DNA of 64,000 bases, taken from assembly GCA_000996355.1 (NCBI GenBank), contig LCAH01000002.1:29703-93702 (forward strand). The letters run 5' to 3'. The DNA is from Candidatus Uhrbacteria bacterium GW2011_GWC2_41_11 (GTDB taxonomy: Bacteria > Patescibacteriota > Patescibacteriia > UBA9934 > GWF2-40-263). The first letter of the stretch is position 1. Each line of letters begins with the position of its first letter. Below the pieces are notes generated by a model, which saw nothing but the letters and a program-made list of their open reading frames with translations, had not been told where the DNA came from and did not search any database. A program made the position numbers and the translations under genes. This document shows positions 1-8,462 of the stretch, one piece after another.

Positions 1-335
1 TGATGTATACCCATTTTCCAACCATTCCAGTGGTTTCTCTTAGGGGAATTTGTACTATGTGTTAAAATCGAATGTCAGATGGCAGGAAATCTTTCAAATT
101 ACTGCCATGGCTACTACAGCATCAAGACACGTTCCGGGGTGCTGAAGCTTGGTAGACGACAATCTGCTCCGGATTTGCTTGGAACAGATCGTGTGCTCTC
201 TGAGCTCGTGTTCAAGTTCAAGGCAGAAAATCAGTAGGTCTTCCCAACTAAACGACGCTCTATGTGCAATAGAGACATATTCTTGTGTCATTCTGTTGTT
301 GTGGAGCGTATTTTTTTTATGTTGTCTATATATGT

Positions 336-375
336 CTTTTCCGCTACAGTGGAAAGGGTATTTTTTGTTTTTGAC
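336..375 (+). terminator. Terminator-like hairpin (CTTTTCC-8 nt loop-GGAAAGG with one G-U pair) followed by a T-run, ending 3 nt before the asnS start codon; possible leader/attenuator element
   Basis: Stem and loop read directly from sequence, with downstream gtattttttgtttttg. A second T-run lies at 311-318. No + strand gene lies upstream in the window. Confidence 0.35.
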
Positions 376-377
376 GT

Positions 378-1676
378 ATGAAAAAGACTTTTGTATCCGA
401 TATAAAAGATTCCGTTGGACAAGAGGTAGAGTTAAAAGGTTGGGTTTATAATTTTCGTTCGAGCGGAAAGATTTTTTTTGTTCAGTTTCGCGACGGGACT
501 GGACGTGTGCAGACTGTATATTCTGCTGCTGAACTTCCAGAAGAACAGTGGAATATTTTAAATCAGCTTCGATTTGAATCCTCAGTTATTGTTCGAGGGA
601 TTGTGAAAGAGGAACTGCGTGCTCCTTCCGGGTTTGAATTGCAAGGAACATCGTTTGAAATGATTCAGCTTGCCCCAGATGATTATCCCATTGGAAAAAA
701 AGAGCATGGTCCTGATTTTCTTTTAGATCATCGACATTTGTGGTTGAGATCCGAACGTCAATGGGCGATTCAACGGATTCGAAATACGATTATCAACGCG
801 ACATACGCTTATTTGAATGAAAATGGTTTTATAAAATTTGACGCTCCTATTTTGACACCGAATGTGTGTGAGGGAACAACCGAATTGTTTGAAATGGATT
901 ATTTTGATTTGGGCAAGGCATATCTTTCACAGTCCGGACAATTGTATCTGGAAGCAGCCATCATGAGTTTTGGACGTGTGTTTGATTTTGGTCCTGTTTT
1001 TCGTGCAGAAAAGTCAAAGACTCGTCGTCATCTTACAGAATTTTGGATGATGGATGCCGAAGCTGCTTTTGTGAATCATGAGGAAAACATGCAGATTCAG
1101 GAAGGACTTATTTGTCGTATTGTTCAAGATGTTTTGGAAAAGAACCGAAAAGAGCTTGTGGTATTGGAACGTGATGTTGTGCCATTGGAAAAAGTTCAGG
1201 CTCCGTTTGTTCATATGACACACGCGGAAGCGGTAGCAAAACTTCATGAGTTTGGAAGTGATATTGGAGATATGGATGATCTTGGAGCAGATGATGAGAC
1301 CATCCTTACCAAACAATACGATCGTCCAATTTTTGTAGAAAAATATCCAGCAGTGGTAAAAGCGTTTTATATGAAACGTGATCCATTGGATCCGAATTAT
1401 GTTTTAAATGCGGATCTGTTAGCTCCGGAAGGATATGGAGAAATTATTGGAGGAAGTCAGCGTGAAGATGATTATGAAGTATTGCTTGCACGTATTAAAG
1501 AACATCATTTACCTTTAGAAGCATTCCATTGGTATCTTGATACACGTAAATACGGTTCCGTTCCACACTCGGGTTTTGGATATGGATTGGAACGTATTGT
1601 GGCATGGGTATGTGGCGTTCCACATATTCGAGAAACGATCCCATTTCCACGCATGATTACTCGATTGACTCCATAA
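378..1676 (+). CDS. asnS: Asparaginyl-tRNA synthetase (class II aaRS)
   Basis: 432 aa. N-terminal OB anticodon-binding fold. Class II motifs including FRAEKSKTRRHLTEFWMMDAE (AsnRS-type motif 2) and a C-terminal GFGYGLERIV motif 3. Length fits AsnRS. Confidence 0.85.
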   Translation: MKKTFVSDIKDSVGQEVELKGWVYNFRSSGKIFFVQFRDGTGRVQTVYSAAELPEEQWNILNQLRFESSVIVRGIVKEELRAPSGFELQGTSFEMIQLAPDDYPIGKKEHGPDFLLDHRHLWLRSERQWAIQRIRNTIINATYAYLNENGFIKFDAPILTPNVCEGTTELFEMDYFDLGKAYLSQSGQLYLEAAIMSFGRVFDFGPVFRAEKSKTRRHLTEFWMMDAEAAFVNHEENMQIQEGLICRIVQDVLEKNRKELVVLERDVVPLEKVQAPFVHMTHAEAVAKLHEFGSDIGDMDDLGADDETILTKQYDRPIFVEKYPAVVKAFYMKRDPLDPNYVLNADLLAPEGYGEIIGGSQREDDYEVLLARIKEHHLPLEAFHWYLDTRKYGSVPHSGFGYGLERIVAWVCGVPHIRETIPFPRMITRLTP

Positions 1677-1682
1677 AAAAAT

Positions 1683-2936
1683 ATGAGACGAACGAGAAAA
1701 CATCACCGCATCATTTTTTTCTTGCTTTTGTGTGCAGGGTTGTTTGGAATATATAGTTTTTTTTCATGTGGAACAGACTATTGGTTAAAATTAGATTTAT
1801 CTTGTCCAGCTTCTTGGATCGTTTTGCCAAATGTTCCAAAAAAACCATTGTCTAAAGATCAGATAAATCCTTCTTTTAAACCAATCAATTCTGGAACATA
1901 CGTGTTATACCAAGTGACTCGTCAACAAGATCAGGGAACAGAAACAACGATTTTTCGTCAGAATCTTTCCGAAATAAATAATCCTACATCTCTTGCTTCA
2001 TTTCTGAATGATGGATTGAAATCATTCGTTTCTCAAGTGTATGGAAAGCAAGTTTTTGTACGTGATGTTTCTTCAGCTGAGTCAGAAAATATGCTCGTGA
2101 ATCTAGATGGTTCACAAAAAAAAGAAACGATTTCTCCTTTTGCTGTATCGTCTTCTGATGGAAAACGACAGGCACTTTCTACGTTTCATTTGGGAACAAA
2201 TCAAGAACCAATTGAGGTTGATGTTTCCGTTGTGGATTCTGAGACAGGAAAGGATATTGACTCCTTTATTCTTGATTCTAAACAATTGGGAATCCTGAAT
2301 GGATATGCGATTCCATTTCTTTTTAGTGCAGATCATAATGTTCTATATATACATCAAGTTTCTGAAGGACAAGAGTATGTGACTGGACTGTGGGCTTATG
2401 ATTTTTCTTCTCATACGGTTCGTTCATATCCATATGTTTCTGAAAATCATTTGTATCGATATCAAATCAATCCAATGACTCAACAATTGATTGGAACAAG
2501 CTTTACCCTTCCAGAATCTTTAGATGAGTTTCCAAAAGGACCTTCTACTCTTCATCTTGTAGATCTTCAAACAGGAAAAGGGATACGTCTTTCTCCAGAA
2601 GATTTGAATAACCCAAATTATTTGATGGATGATACGGTGTTTGATGGTGTGTTTCTTTCACCAGATGGGACACAGATAGGTCTTAGTTCAGAGAAAGAAA
2701 AAGAATTTGTTGTTTTGCCTTTGAATGGAGGAGATCCTCTGAAGAAATCTGTAGCTGAAGGAGATGGATTTATTCGTGATTGGGTGCAAGATACATTGGT
2801 CGTCAATCAGGAAGGTGATATTCTTCTTTACGATCTGACGACCCAAAAAATTATTCCCCTTGCACGAAATGTTGGAAAAGAAGGTGATCCTGATTATCAG
2901 CGGGTGGAATATATTGGAATCATTGTTGTTCAATAG
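1683..2936 (+). CDS. Membrane-anchored protein with PD40/TolB-like beta-propeller repeats (hypothetical)
   Basis: N-terminal hydrophobic helix (IIFFLLLCAGLFGIYSFF). Repeated SPDG-type motifs (FLSPDGTQIG). No catalytic motif recognised. Confidence 0.45.
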   Translation: MRRTRKHHRIIFFLLLCAGLFGIYSFFSCGTDYWLKLDLSCPASWIVLPNVPKKPLSKDQINPSFKPINSGTYVLYQVTRQQDQGTETTIFRQNLSEINNPTSLASFLNDGLKSFVSQVYGKQVFVRDVSSAESENMLVNLDGSQKKETISPFAVSSSDGKRQALSTFHLGTNQEPIEVDVSVVDSETGKDIDSFILDSKQLGILNGYAIPFLFSADHNVLYIHQVSEGQEYVTGLWAYDFSSHTVRSYPYVSENHLYRYQINPMTQQLIGTSFTLPESLDEFPKGPSTLHLVDLQTGKGIRLSPEDLNNPNYLMDDTVFDGVFLSPDGTQIGLSSEKEKEFVVLPLNGGDPLKKSVAEGDGFIRDWVQDTLVVNQEGDILLYDLTTQKIIPLARNVGKEGDPDYQRVEYIGIIVVQ

Positions 2937-2999
2937 AACTTTCTCATTTTGCCCATTTTGAGCTTACATTAAAGAAGGTCCTACAATAATATTATTTTT

Positions 3000-4400
3000 A
3001 TGCAACGTACTTGGAATATCGATACTGTTCAAAAAGTTGGAGAAACCGTGAAATTAAATGGCTGGGTTCATCACATTCGTCGTATGGGAGATAAACTTGT
3101 TTTTATTGATTTACGCGACAGCACAGGTCTTGTACAAGTTGTTTGTTATAAGCCAGATTTAGATGCTGAAGCTGTGATAGTTTTAGATGAAGTTGGATCT
3201 GAATATGTATTAGAATTGGAAGGCGTTGTTCAAAAACGAGGAGAAAAACAAGTGAATCCAGATTTAGCAACAGGAACGATCGAGGTTGGAGTAAAAAAAC
3301 TTGTTATTTTGAATCGTTGTAAAACGCCGCCATTTGAAATTGATAAAGATACAAGTGGAATAAATGAGGAATTACGTTTGAAATATCGATATCTTGATTT
3401 GCGTTCAGAACGATTACAAAAAAATTTACGACTTCGAAATCAATTTGTTCAAGCATGTCGAAACTTTCTTTTGAAACAAAAATTTGTTGAGATCGAAACT
3501 CCGTATCTTACAAAAGCAACTCCGGAAGGTTCGCGTGACTTCGTTGTTCCAGCCCGTCTTCAACCCGGAAAGTTTTTTGCGCTTCCACAGTCTCCACAGC
3601 AGTATAAACAACTTCTCATGGTGGCTGGTTTTGAACGATATTTTCAGTTAGCTCGTGCATTTCGTGATGAAGATCCGCGTGCAGATCGTGGATTTGAACA
3701 CACGCAGGTTGATATTGAAATGAGTTTTGTGGAACGAGATGATGTCATGGCAATGGTCGAAGCAATGGTGATTGAAACCGTTGAATCGCTTGGTTTCACT
3801 ATCAAACAAAAACCATTTCCACGCATTACGTATGCAGAATCTATAGCAAAGTATGGTGCAGACAAGTTTGATATGCGAACTGAAGAGGATAAGAAGAATA
3901 ATATTCTTGCTTATGCGTGGGTTGTTGATTTTCCATTTTTTGAAAAAACAGAAGAAGGAGGTTGGACATTTACACACAATCCTTTTTCCATGCCTAAACC
4001 TGAATTTCTTGCTGATCATTTAACGGGAAAGAATATTGAACAGATTCTTACGACTCAGTATGACCTTGTGTGTAATGGATATGAATCTGGCGGTGGAAGT
4101 ATTCGTGCACATGATTCAGAGATTCTCAAAGCAACCTATCGTATTATGGGATATTCAGAACAAGAAATTCAGGATTCTGTTGGTCATATGCTTGAAGCGT
4201 TTGGATACGGAGCTCCTCCACACGGAGGTATTGCTCTTGGAGTAGAGCGTAATCTTATGAACCTGACAGGGGAAGTATTTTTGCGTGAGGTTCAATCTTT
4301 TCCAATGACAGGTTCGGCTCATACATCGGTTATGGATGCCCCGAGCGAACTTCCAGAAAAATCTTTGCGTGAAGTCCATATCACTAAATTAAATGTCTAA
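3000..4400 (+). CDS. aspS: Aspartyl-tRNA synthetase, bacterial-type catalytic core but lacking the GAD insertion domain (466 aa)
   Basis: N-terminal OB fold. Motif FRDEDPRADRGFEHTQVDIEMSF matches the bacterial AspRS motif 2 region. C-terminal GGIALGVERNLM motif 3. About 120 aa shorter than canonical bacterial AspRS. Confidence 0.85.
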   Translation: MQRTWNIDTVQKVGETVKLNGWVHHIRRMGDKLVFIDLRDSTGLVQVVCYKPDLDAEAVIVLDEVGSEYVLELEGVVQKRGEKQVNPDLATGTIEVGVKKLVILNRCKTPPFEIDKDTSGINEELRLKYRYLDLRSERLQKNLRLRNQFVQACRNFLLKQKFVEIETPYLTKATPEGSRDFVVPARLQPGKFFALPQSPQQYKQLLMVAGFERYFQLARAFRDEDPRADRGFEHTQVDIEMSFVERDDVMAMVEAMVIETVESLGFTIKQKPFPRITYAESIAKYGADKFDMRTEEDKKNNILAYAWVVDFPFFEKTEEGGWTFTHNPFSMPKPEFLADHLTGKNIEQILTTQYDLVCNGYESGGGSIRAHDSEILKATYRIMGYSEQEIQDSVGHMLEAFGYGAPPHGGIALGVERNLMNLTGEVFLREVQSFPMTGSAHTSVMDAPSELPEKSLREVHITKLNV

Positions 4401-4406
4401 TTTTCT

Positions 4407-5108
4407 GTGTCCTACGAGGTTGAATTAGAACAATTTTCCGGTCCGCTTCATTTGCTTTTGGCATTGATTGAACGAGAAGAACTTCCAATTACGGATATAT
4501 CTCTTGCAAAAGTTGCAAATGATTATCTTCATTACTTGGAAGTTTCAGAAGTTTCTGCAGAAGAATTGGCTGATTTTTTGTTGATTGCAGCCAAATTGCT
4601 TTGGATTAAATCAAATGCAATTCTTCCTTTGCCAGATGTTCAGGATGAAACAGATCCCGGAAAGCTTGTTCTTCAATTGCGTTTGTATCGTGAGTTTGTA
4701 GAAGCAGCAAAAGAATTAGAGGAACGATATGGAACAGCTGTCATGTTTGTGCGACCCGCATCGGCTTCCGCTGTTGTTTTGGAGCCCGTATTTCATCCGC
4801 CAGCGTCTTTGAATACACATATGTTGGAAGAAGTATTTCGATTAGTATTAAAACGTCTTGAACCATTTTTTTCCTTGAAAGAAGCATCTATTCATCGAGT
4901 TATTTCCATTCAGGAAAAAATTCGAGATATACGTCAGGTTATTTTGGATCGGGCACGTTTGAGTTTTAAGGATGTGGTTGATGATGCATCGAATCGGACA
5001 GAAGTTGTCGTGAGTTTTTTGGCTCTCTTGGAGCTCGTAAAACAACGTATTGTGTATGCAGTTCAAGATTCTGCATTTGAAGATATTACTTTGAAACGTG
5101 TAGAATAG
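4407..5108 (+). CDS. scpA: Segregation and condensation protein A (kleisin)
   Basis: FSGPLHLLLALIEREELPITDISLAKVANDYLHYL matches the ScpA N-terminal signature. Probable GTG start. Immediately followed by scpB. Confidence 0.8.
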   Translation: MSYEVELEQFSGPLHLLLALIEREELPITDISLAKVANDYLHYLEVSEVSAEELADFLLIAAKLLWIKSNAILPLPDVQDETDPGKLVLQLRLYREFVEAAKELEERYGTAVMFVRPASASAVVLEPVFHPPASLNTHMLEEVFRLVLKRLEPFFSLKEASIHRVISIQEKIRDIRQVILDRARLSFKDVVDDASNRTEVVVSFLALLELVKQRIVYAVQDSAFEDITLKRVE

Positions 5109-5119
5109 AATCGTTTTAT

Positions 5120-5680
5120 ATGTTGACTGCAAAAATAGAAGCCATTCTTTTCGCGGCAGGGAAGCCGATAGAAATAAAAACCGTTGTGCGCATTCTCGGG
5201 GTGAGTCAAGAAATTATTCGTGAGGCCATTGAAGAATTAAAACAATATCTCAATGTTTCTGATTCCGGGATTCATGTATTAGAACATGAGGAAAAATTAC
5301 AGCTTGTGACAAATCCTGATTTTTCAGAAGTTGTAAAACATCTTGCAAAAGAAGAGGTATCCGGAGAACTTACGCGACCATCTTTGGAAACGTTGACCGT
5401 GATTGCCTATCGAGGGCCCATGTCAAAACCAGAAATTGAACAGATTCGTGGAGTGAATTGCACACTAATTTTGCGCAATCTTCTTTTGCGTGGATTGATT
5501 GAAGAACGAGAAGATGTGGAGCGATTGCAACCTGTCTATACGGTTTCTGTTGATTTGCTCCGTCATCTTGGATTGCACCATATGAATGAATTACCCGGAT
5601 ATAATGGACTACACGCCAATGAACGTATTGATAAAATGCTGGCTGAACTTGCATCTGTGCAGGTTGAATCAAATGGGTAA
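5120..5680 (+). CDS. scpB: Segregation and condensation protein B
   Basis: 186 aa. Winged-helix ScpB pattern (IEAILFAAGKPI...LETLTVIAYRGPMSKPEIEQIRGV). Confidence 0.8.
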   Translation: MLTAKIEAILFAAGKPIEIKTVVRILGVSQEIIREAIEELKQYLNVSDSGIHVLEHEEKLQLVTNPDFSEVVKHLAKEEVSGELTRPSLETLTVIAYRGPMSKPEIEQIRGVNCTLILRNLLLRGLIEEREDVERLQPVYTVSVDLLRHLGLHHMNELPGYNGLHANERIDKMLAELASVQVESNG

Positions 5681-5686
5681 GTTCAT

Positions 5687-6682
5687 ATGATTCTTCGTCT
5701 TTTCGCTCAAGTTCTTCTTGCAACAAGTTTGTTTCAGTTATTTCCGGCCGATGCGGGACAAATTCAAGAAGTGGCTCGTCTACCGGAAGCCGGTCCTCGG
5801 CGTTCCATGCAAATTGGAACGATTTTGTCTTTTTTATCTTCCTCTTTACCTGAATCCGAAAGTAAGGAAGTTGCTCCTCAGAAGATTCATCCGTTGAGTG
5901 TGGGAGTAAATATTGCCGCTGTGAGTGCATTGGTTGTGGATGCGGGAAGTGGAACTGTGTTATTTGAAAAGCAAGCAGATGAACCGCGATCTATCGGAAG
6001 CATGACAAAACTTATGACTGCTCTCGTCTTTTTGCAATCCAAACCTGATTTGCAAGCACGAGCGAGTATTCAACCGGAGGATGTGCGCGTTGGCGGACAG
6101 CAGCACGTTTCTGTAGGAGATGAGGTGAGTGTACAAGATTTAATTTTAGCGAGTCTTGTAAGCTCAGACAATTCTGCCACGATGTCTCTTGCTCGACTTT
6201 CTGGATTATCTGAAAGTGATTTTATTGTTCGGATGAATGAGGTTGCAAGTGAACTTGGAATGACCAGAACGACGTTTACAGATCCGACAGGGTTATCTCC
6301 GGAAAATCGATCTGTGACTGGTGATCTTGTCAAAATGCTTCGAGCAGCTTTGGCAAATGGAACCATTCATTCTGCCACAGAACATGTTTCTGCAAGTATT
6401 CAAGGAGTGTCAAAACGAATCTATCCACTAGAAAATACTGATGAGCTCATGAAAACGTTTTTAAATGAAGCACCTTATCACATGGTTGGAGGAAAAACAG
6501 GATATCTTCCTGAAGCTGGATATTGTCTTGGAGTTCAAATTCAAAAGGAGGGAAGTGGAGATTTGTTTATTATTGTTCTTGGATCTGATTCAAAAGAGGG
6601 TCGGGTACAAGATGTAAAAAAATTAGCTGTCTGGGCGTATGAGACCTACGCCTGGAATACAAAAATAGAAGACATAAAATAA
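5687..6682 (+). CDS. Serine-type D-alanyl-D-alanine carboxypeptidase (PBP5/6-like, S11 family)
   Basis: Signal peptide. SxxK (SMTK), SxN (SDN) and KTG (KTGY) motifs in the correct order. Confidence 0.75.
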   Translation: MILRLFAQVLLATSLFQLFPADAGQIQEVARLPEAGPRRSMQIGTILSFLSSSLPESESKEVAPQKIHPLSVGVNIAAVSALVVDAGSGTVLFEKQADEPRSIGSMTKLMTALVFLQSKPDLQARASIQPEDVRVGGQQHVSVGDEVSVQDLILASLVSSDNSATMSLARLSGLSESDFIVRMNEVASELGMTRTTFTDPTGLSPENRSVTGDLVKMLRAALANGTIHSATEHVSASIQGVSKRIYPLENTDELMKTFLNEAPYHMVGGKTGYLPEAGYCLGVQIQKEGSGDLFIIVLGSDSKEGRVQDVKKLAVWAYETYAWNTKIEDIK

Positions 6683-6709
6683 AAAAATCACCCGCTGGAG
6701 TGGAGGTGA

Positions 6710-7246
6710 TTATGATCGATATTGTTTCCATGCGCGATGGGAGACAAAATACGTGCGTTTTTTGTTACGGTAGTCGACGTGGAAGAATGCGTCGACCCGC
6801 ATGCCAGACATTGTCTCTTTAACGAGACCTTCTGCTGACATAAGAAGATTGACTGTTTCCTCAAGCGAGAGCTTCGCAAGCCCCGCAGCTCCACATGGAT
6901 AATGTCCATAGAGAACAAGTAATCCAATGTGTTTGAGAACTGCAGCGTCACGAATATGACGCATAAGAACTCGACCATCCTCGCCGTTGATGTTAAGAGG
7001 AGACCACTCTGGTATAAGGATGGCTCCTCCGTTTAGTCCAAGCGGATGAATGCGCGTGGGAAGATTCTGTTCTTCAAAAAGTGATTCGGCATGCCGAATC
7101 AAATCCACGCGTTGATCACAGTCCGCACAAGGGACCGCGATCATTCCAGTTTCGAGATTCCGGAATCGGTTGTCGATTTCTAGGAAAACCCCATTTTTTC
7201 GAAGAGTTTCGACGTATAGCAATTCTTTTTTTTCGGGTTCTGACAT
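6710..7246 (-). CDS. Hypothetical protein (178 aa)
   Basis: Long ORF with no convincing family match. Contains PCADC followed 8 aa later by HAE (the reverse order of cytidine-deaminase motifs). Two hand-counted 60-nt samples from this divergent gene pair give 48-52% GC. Confidence 0.5.
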   Translation of the reverse strand: MSEPEKKELLYVETLRKNGVFLEIDNRFRNLETGMIAVPCADCDQRVDLIRHAESLFEEQNLPTRIHPLGLNGGAILIPEWSPLNINGEDGRVLMRHIRDAAVLKHIGLLVLYGHYPCGAAGLAKLSLEETVNLLMSAEGLVKETMSGMRVDAFFHVDYRNKKRTYFVSHRAWKQYRS

Positions 7247-7384
7247 GTTTCCTCCTTTTTAAACCCGCATAAATATAGCATCTTTAAAAGAAAAGTCAAT
7301 AAAAGTGATGGTAATAATTGACATTTTTTGATTTTTATACTACGTTTCGATCGTCTTTCCAGAAATGAAATGAAAGGAGAATGA

Positions 7385-8425
7385 ATGAAAGACATAGAGA
7401 ATTTGGATGAGACAGTTGCCTGGTTTGAGAGATTTATGGATTTTCTTCTCAAACCTTTGTCTGAGTGGTGTTTCAGGGAGGCAATAGAAGCCAAGACTGG
7501 TCAGGATGTTTTTCTTGCAGAGAAAAGTGCATTCCACGGAATTGATCTTTGTCGGAAACTCGATTCCGACAAGATTTCGTCCGTTTCTCACGACCTTCGT
7601 CTTCTTGCAACAAGAGGAGGAATGCGGCAGACGGTTTATTATCTTCGTCTTTGGAAATTTCGTTCTTATGATGGAGAGAGTGAATATGCATGGGTCAGGC
7701 GATCTGTGAGAAAGTTGCGCGTTTGGATTGCTCTTTTTCCAGAAGAAAGAGAAATGTTAGATATCAGAGATGGAGAACTTGAGGAATATATCCATCTTGC
7801 CGATAGGTCCATTATTTTCAGAATATGTTCTAAGATGGAGGATGGAAGTTGTACGATCCAGGCCGGTTTGAATGAGTTGAGTATGTGTGGCGTTCAAAAA
7901 TCTCTGGAAGGTTTGAATATTGCAAGTATCCTTCCTGAGATATTTGATCGGACCGAGCCAGTCGAAGAGAGGAAAGAGCTTCATCTCGGAATCGTGTCGA
8001 GATTATGGCACCTCCACTTCGGAACATCCAATTCTCGGAAGAGGATGGACTTTGTCCGAGAGATTCGCGAGAATCTTTCCATTCTCTCGGAACCTCCGGA
8101 AGCGCACGGGACTTCGGAAGAGGAGTTGAATGGATTTCTCTTGGGTCGAATTTTTTTGGAATGTGCAGATGAGGTTACCGATGCGTGGAGACAGGCAACA
8201 ATGCCCGAATTTCCGCATTTAACCGTGGACGAAGAAACAGCGCGCGATATGCTGGAGGTTATTGAAGAGAACCGGGAGATTTTGCAGAAAATGGGAATGT
8301 CTGAGTTTCCCAGATTTCTTCGATCCATGGTCGATTTTCAAAGACGGATGGACGAGGAGATTGATCGTCTTCGAACGTTTTACAAACAGTCCGATCCTCC
8401 ACCGTCCGATGATTTGAAGGAATAA
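7385..8425 (+). CDS. Hypothetical cytoplasmic protein (346 aa)
   Basis: Long ORF with no TM segment and no recognised motifs. Divergent from 6710..7246. Ends at a strong terminator. Confidence 0.5.
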   Translation: MKDIENLDETVAWFERFMDFLLKPLSEWCFREAIEAKTGQDVFLAEKSAFHGIDLCRKLDSDKISSVSHDLRLLATRGGMRQTVYYLRLWKFRSYDGESEYAWVRRSVRKLRVWIALFPEEREMLDIRDGELEEYIHLADRSIIFRICSKMEDGSCTIQAGLNELSMCGVQKSLEGLNIASILPEIFDRTEPVEERKELHLGIVSRLWHLHFGTSNSRKRMDFVREIRENLSILSEPPEAHGTSEEELNGFLLGRIFLECADEVTDAWRQATMPEFPHLTVDEETARDMLEVIEENREILQKMGMSEFPRFLRSMVDFQRRMDEEIDRLRTFYKQSDPPPSDDLKE

Positions 8426-8430
8426 AACAG

Positions 8431-8459
8431 GCTCAAGATATCCATTCTTGAGCTTTTTA
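8431..8459. terminator. Bidirectional rho-independent terminator between convergent genes
   Basis: Perfect 8-bp stem GCTCAAGA/TCTTGAGC with a 7-nt loop, then TTTTTAC. An A-rich tract precedes it for the minus strand. Confidence 0.8.
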
Positions 8460-8462
8460 CTT

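Noticed and set aside
149-451. 100-aa plus-strand ORF overlapping the asnS start
   Set aside because: Low-complexity translation overlapping a well-supported asnS start and hairpin-rich leader. Likely spurious.
5370-5930. 186-aa minus-strand ORF antisense to scpB and the carboxypeptidase start
   Set aside because: Entirely antisense to two well-supported genes. No motifs.
6683-6712. ATCACC...GGTGAT hairpin after the carboxypeptidase gene as a terminator
   Set aside because: Large 12-nt loop and no flanking T-run on either strand. Too weak to call.
6688-6978. 96-aa minus-strand ORF overlapping gene 6710..7246 in another frame
   Set aside because: Shorter alternative frame. The 178-aa frame is longer and continuous to the divergent promoter region.
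7319-7345. TTGACA hexamer that looked like a sigma70 -35 element in the divergent intergenic region
   Set aside because: Candidate -10 hexamers (TATACT or TACTAC) sit at 12- or 14-nt spacing, not 16-18, so it is not a convincing promoter.
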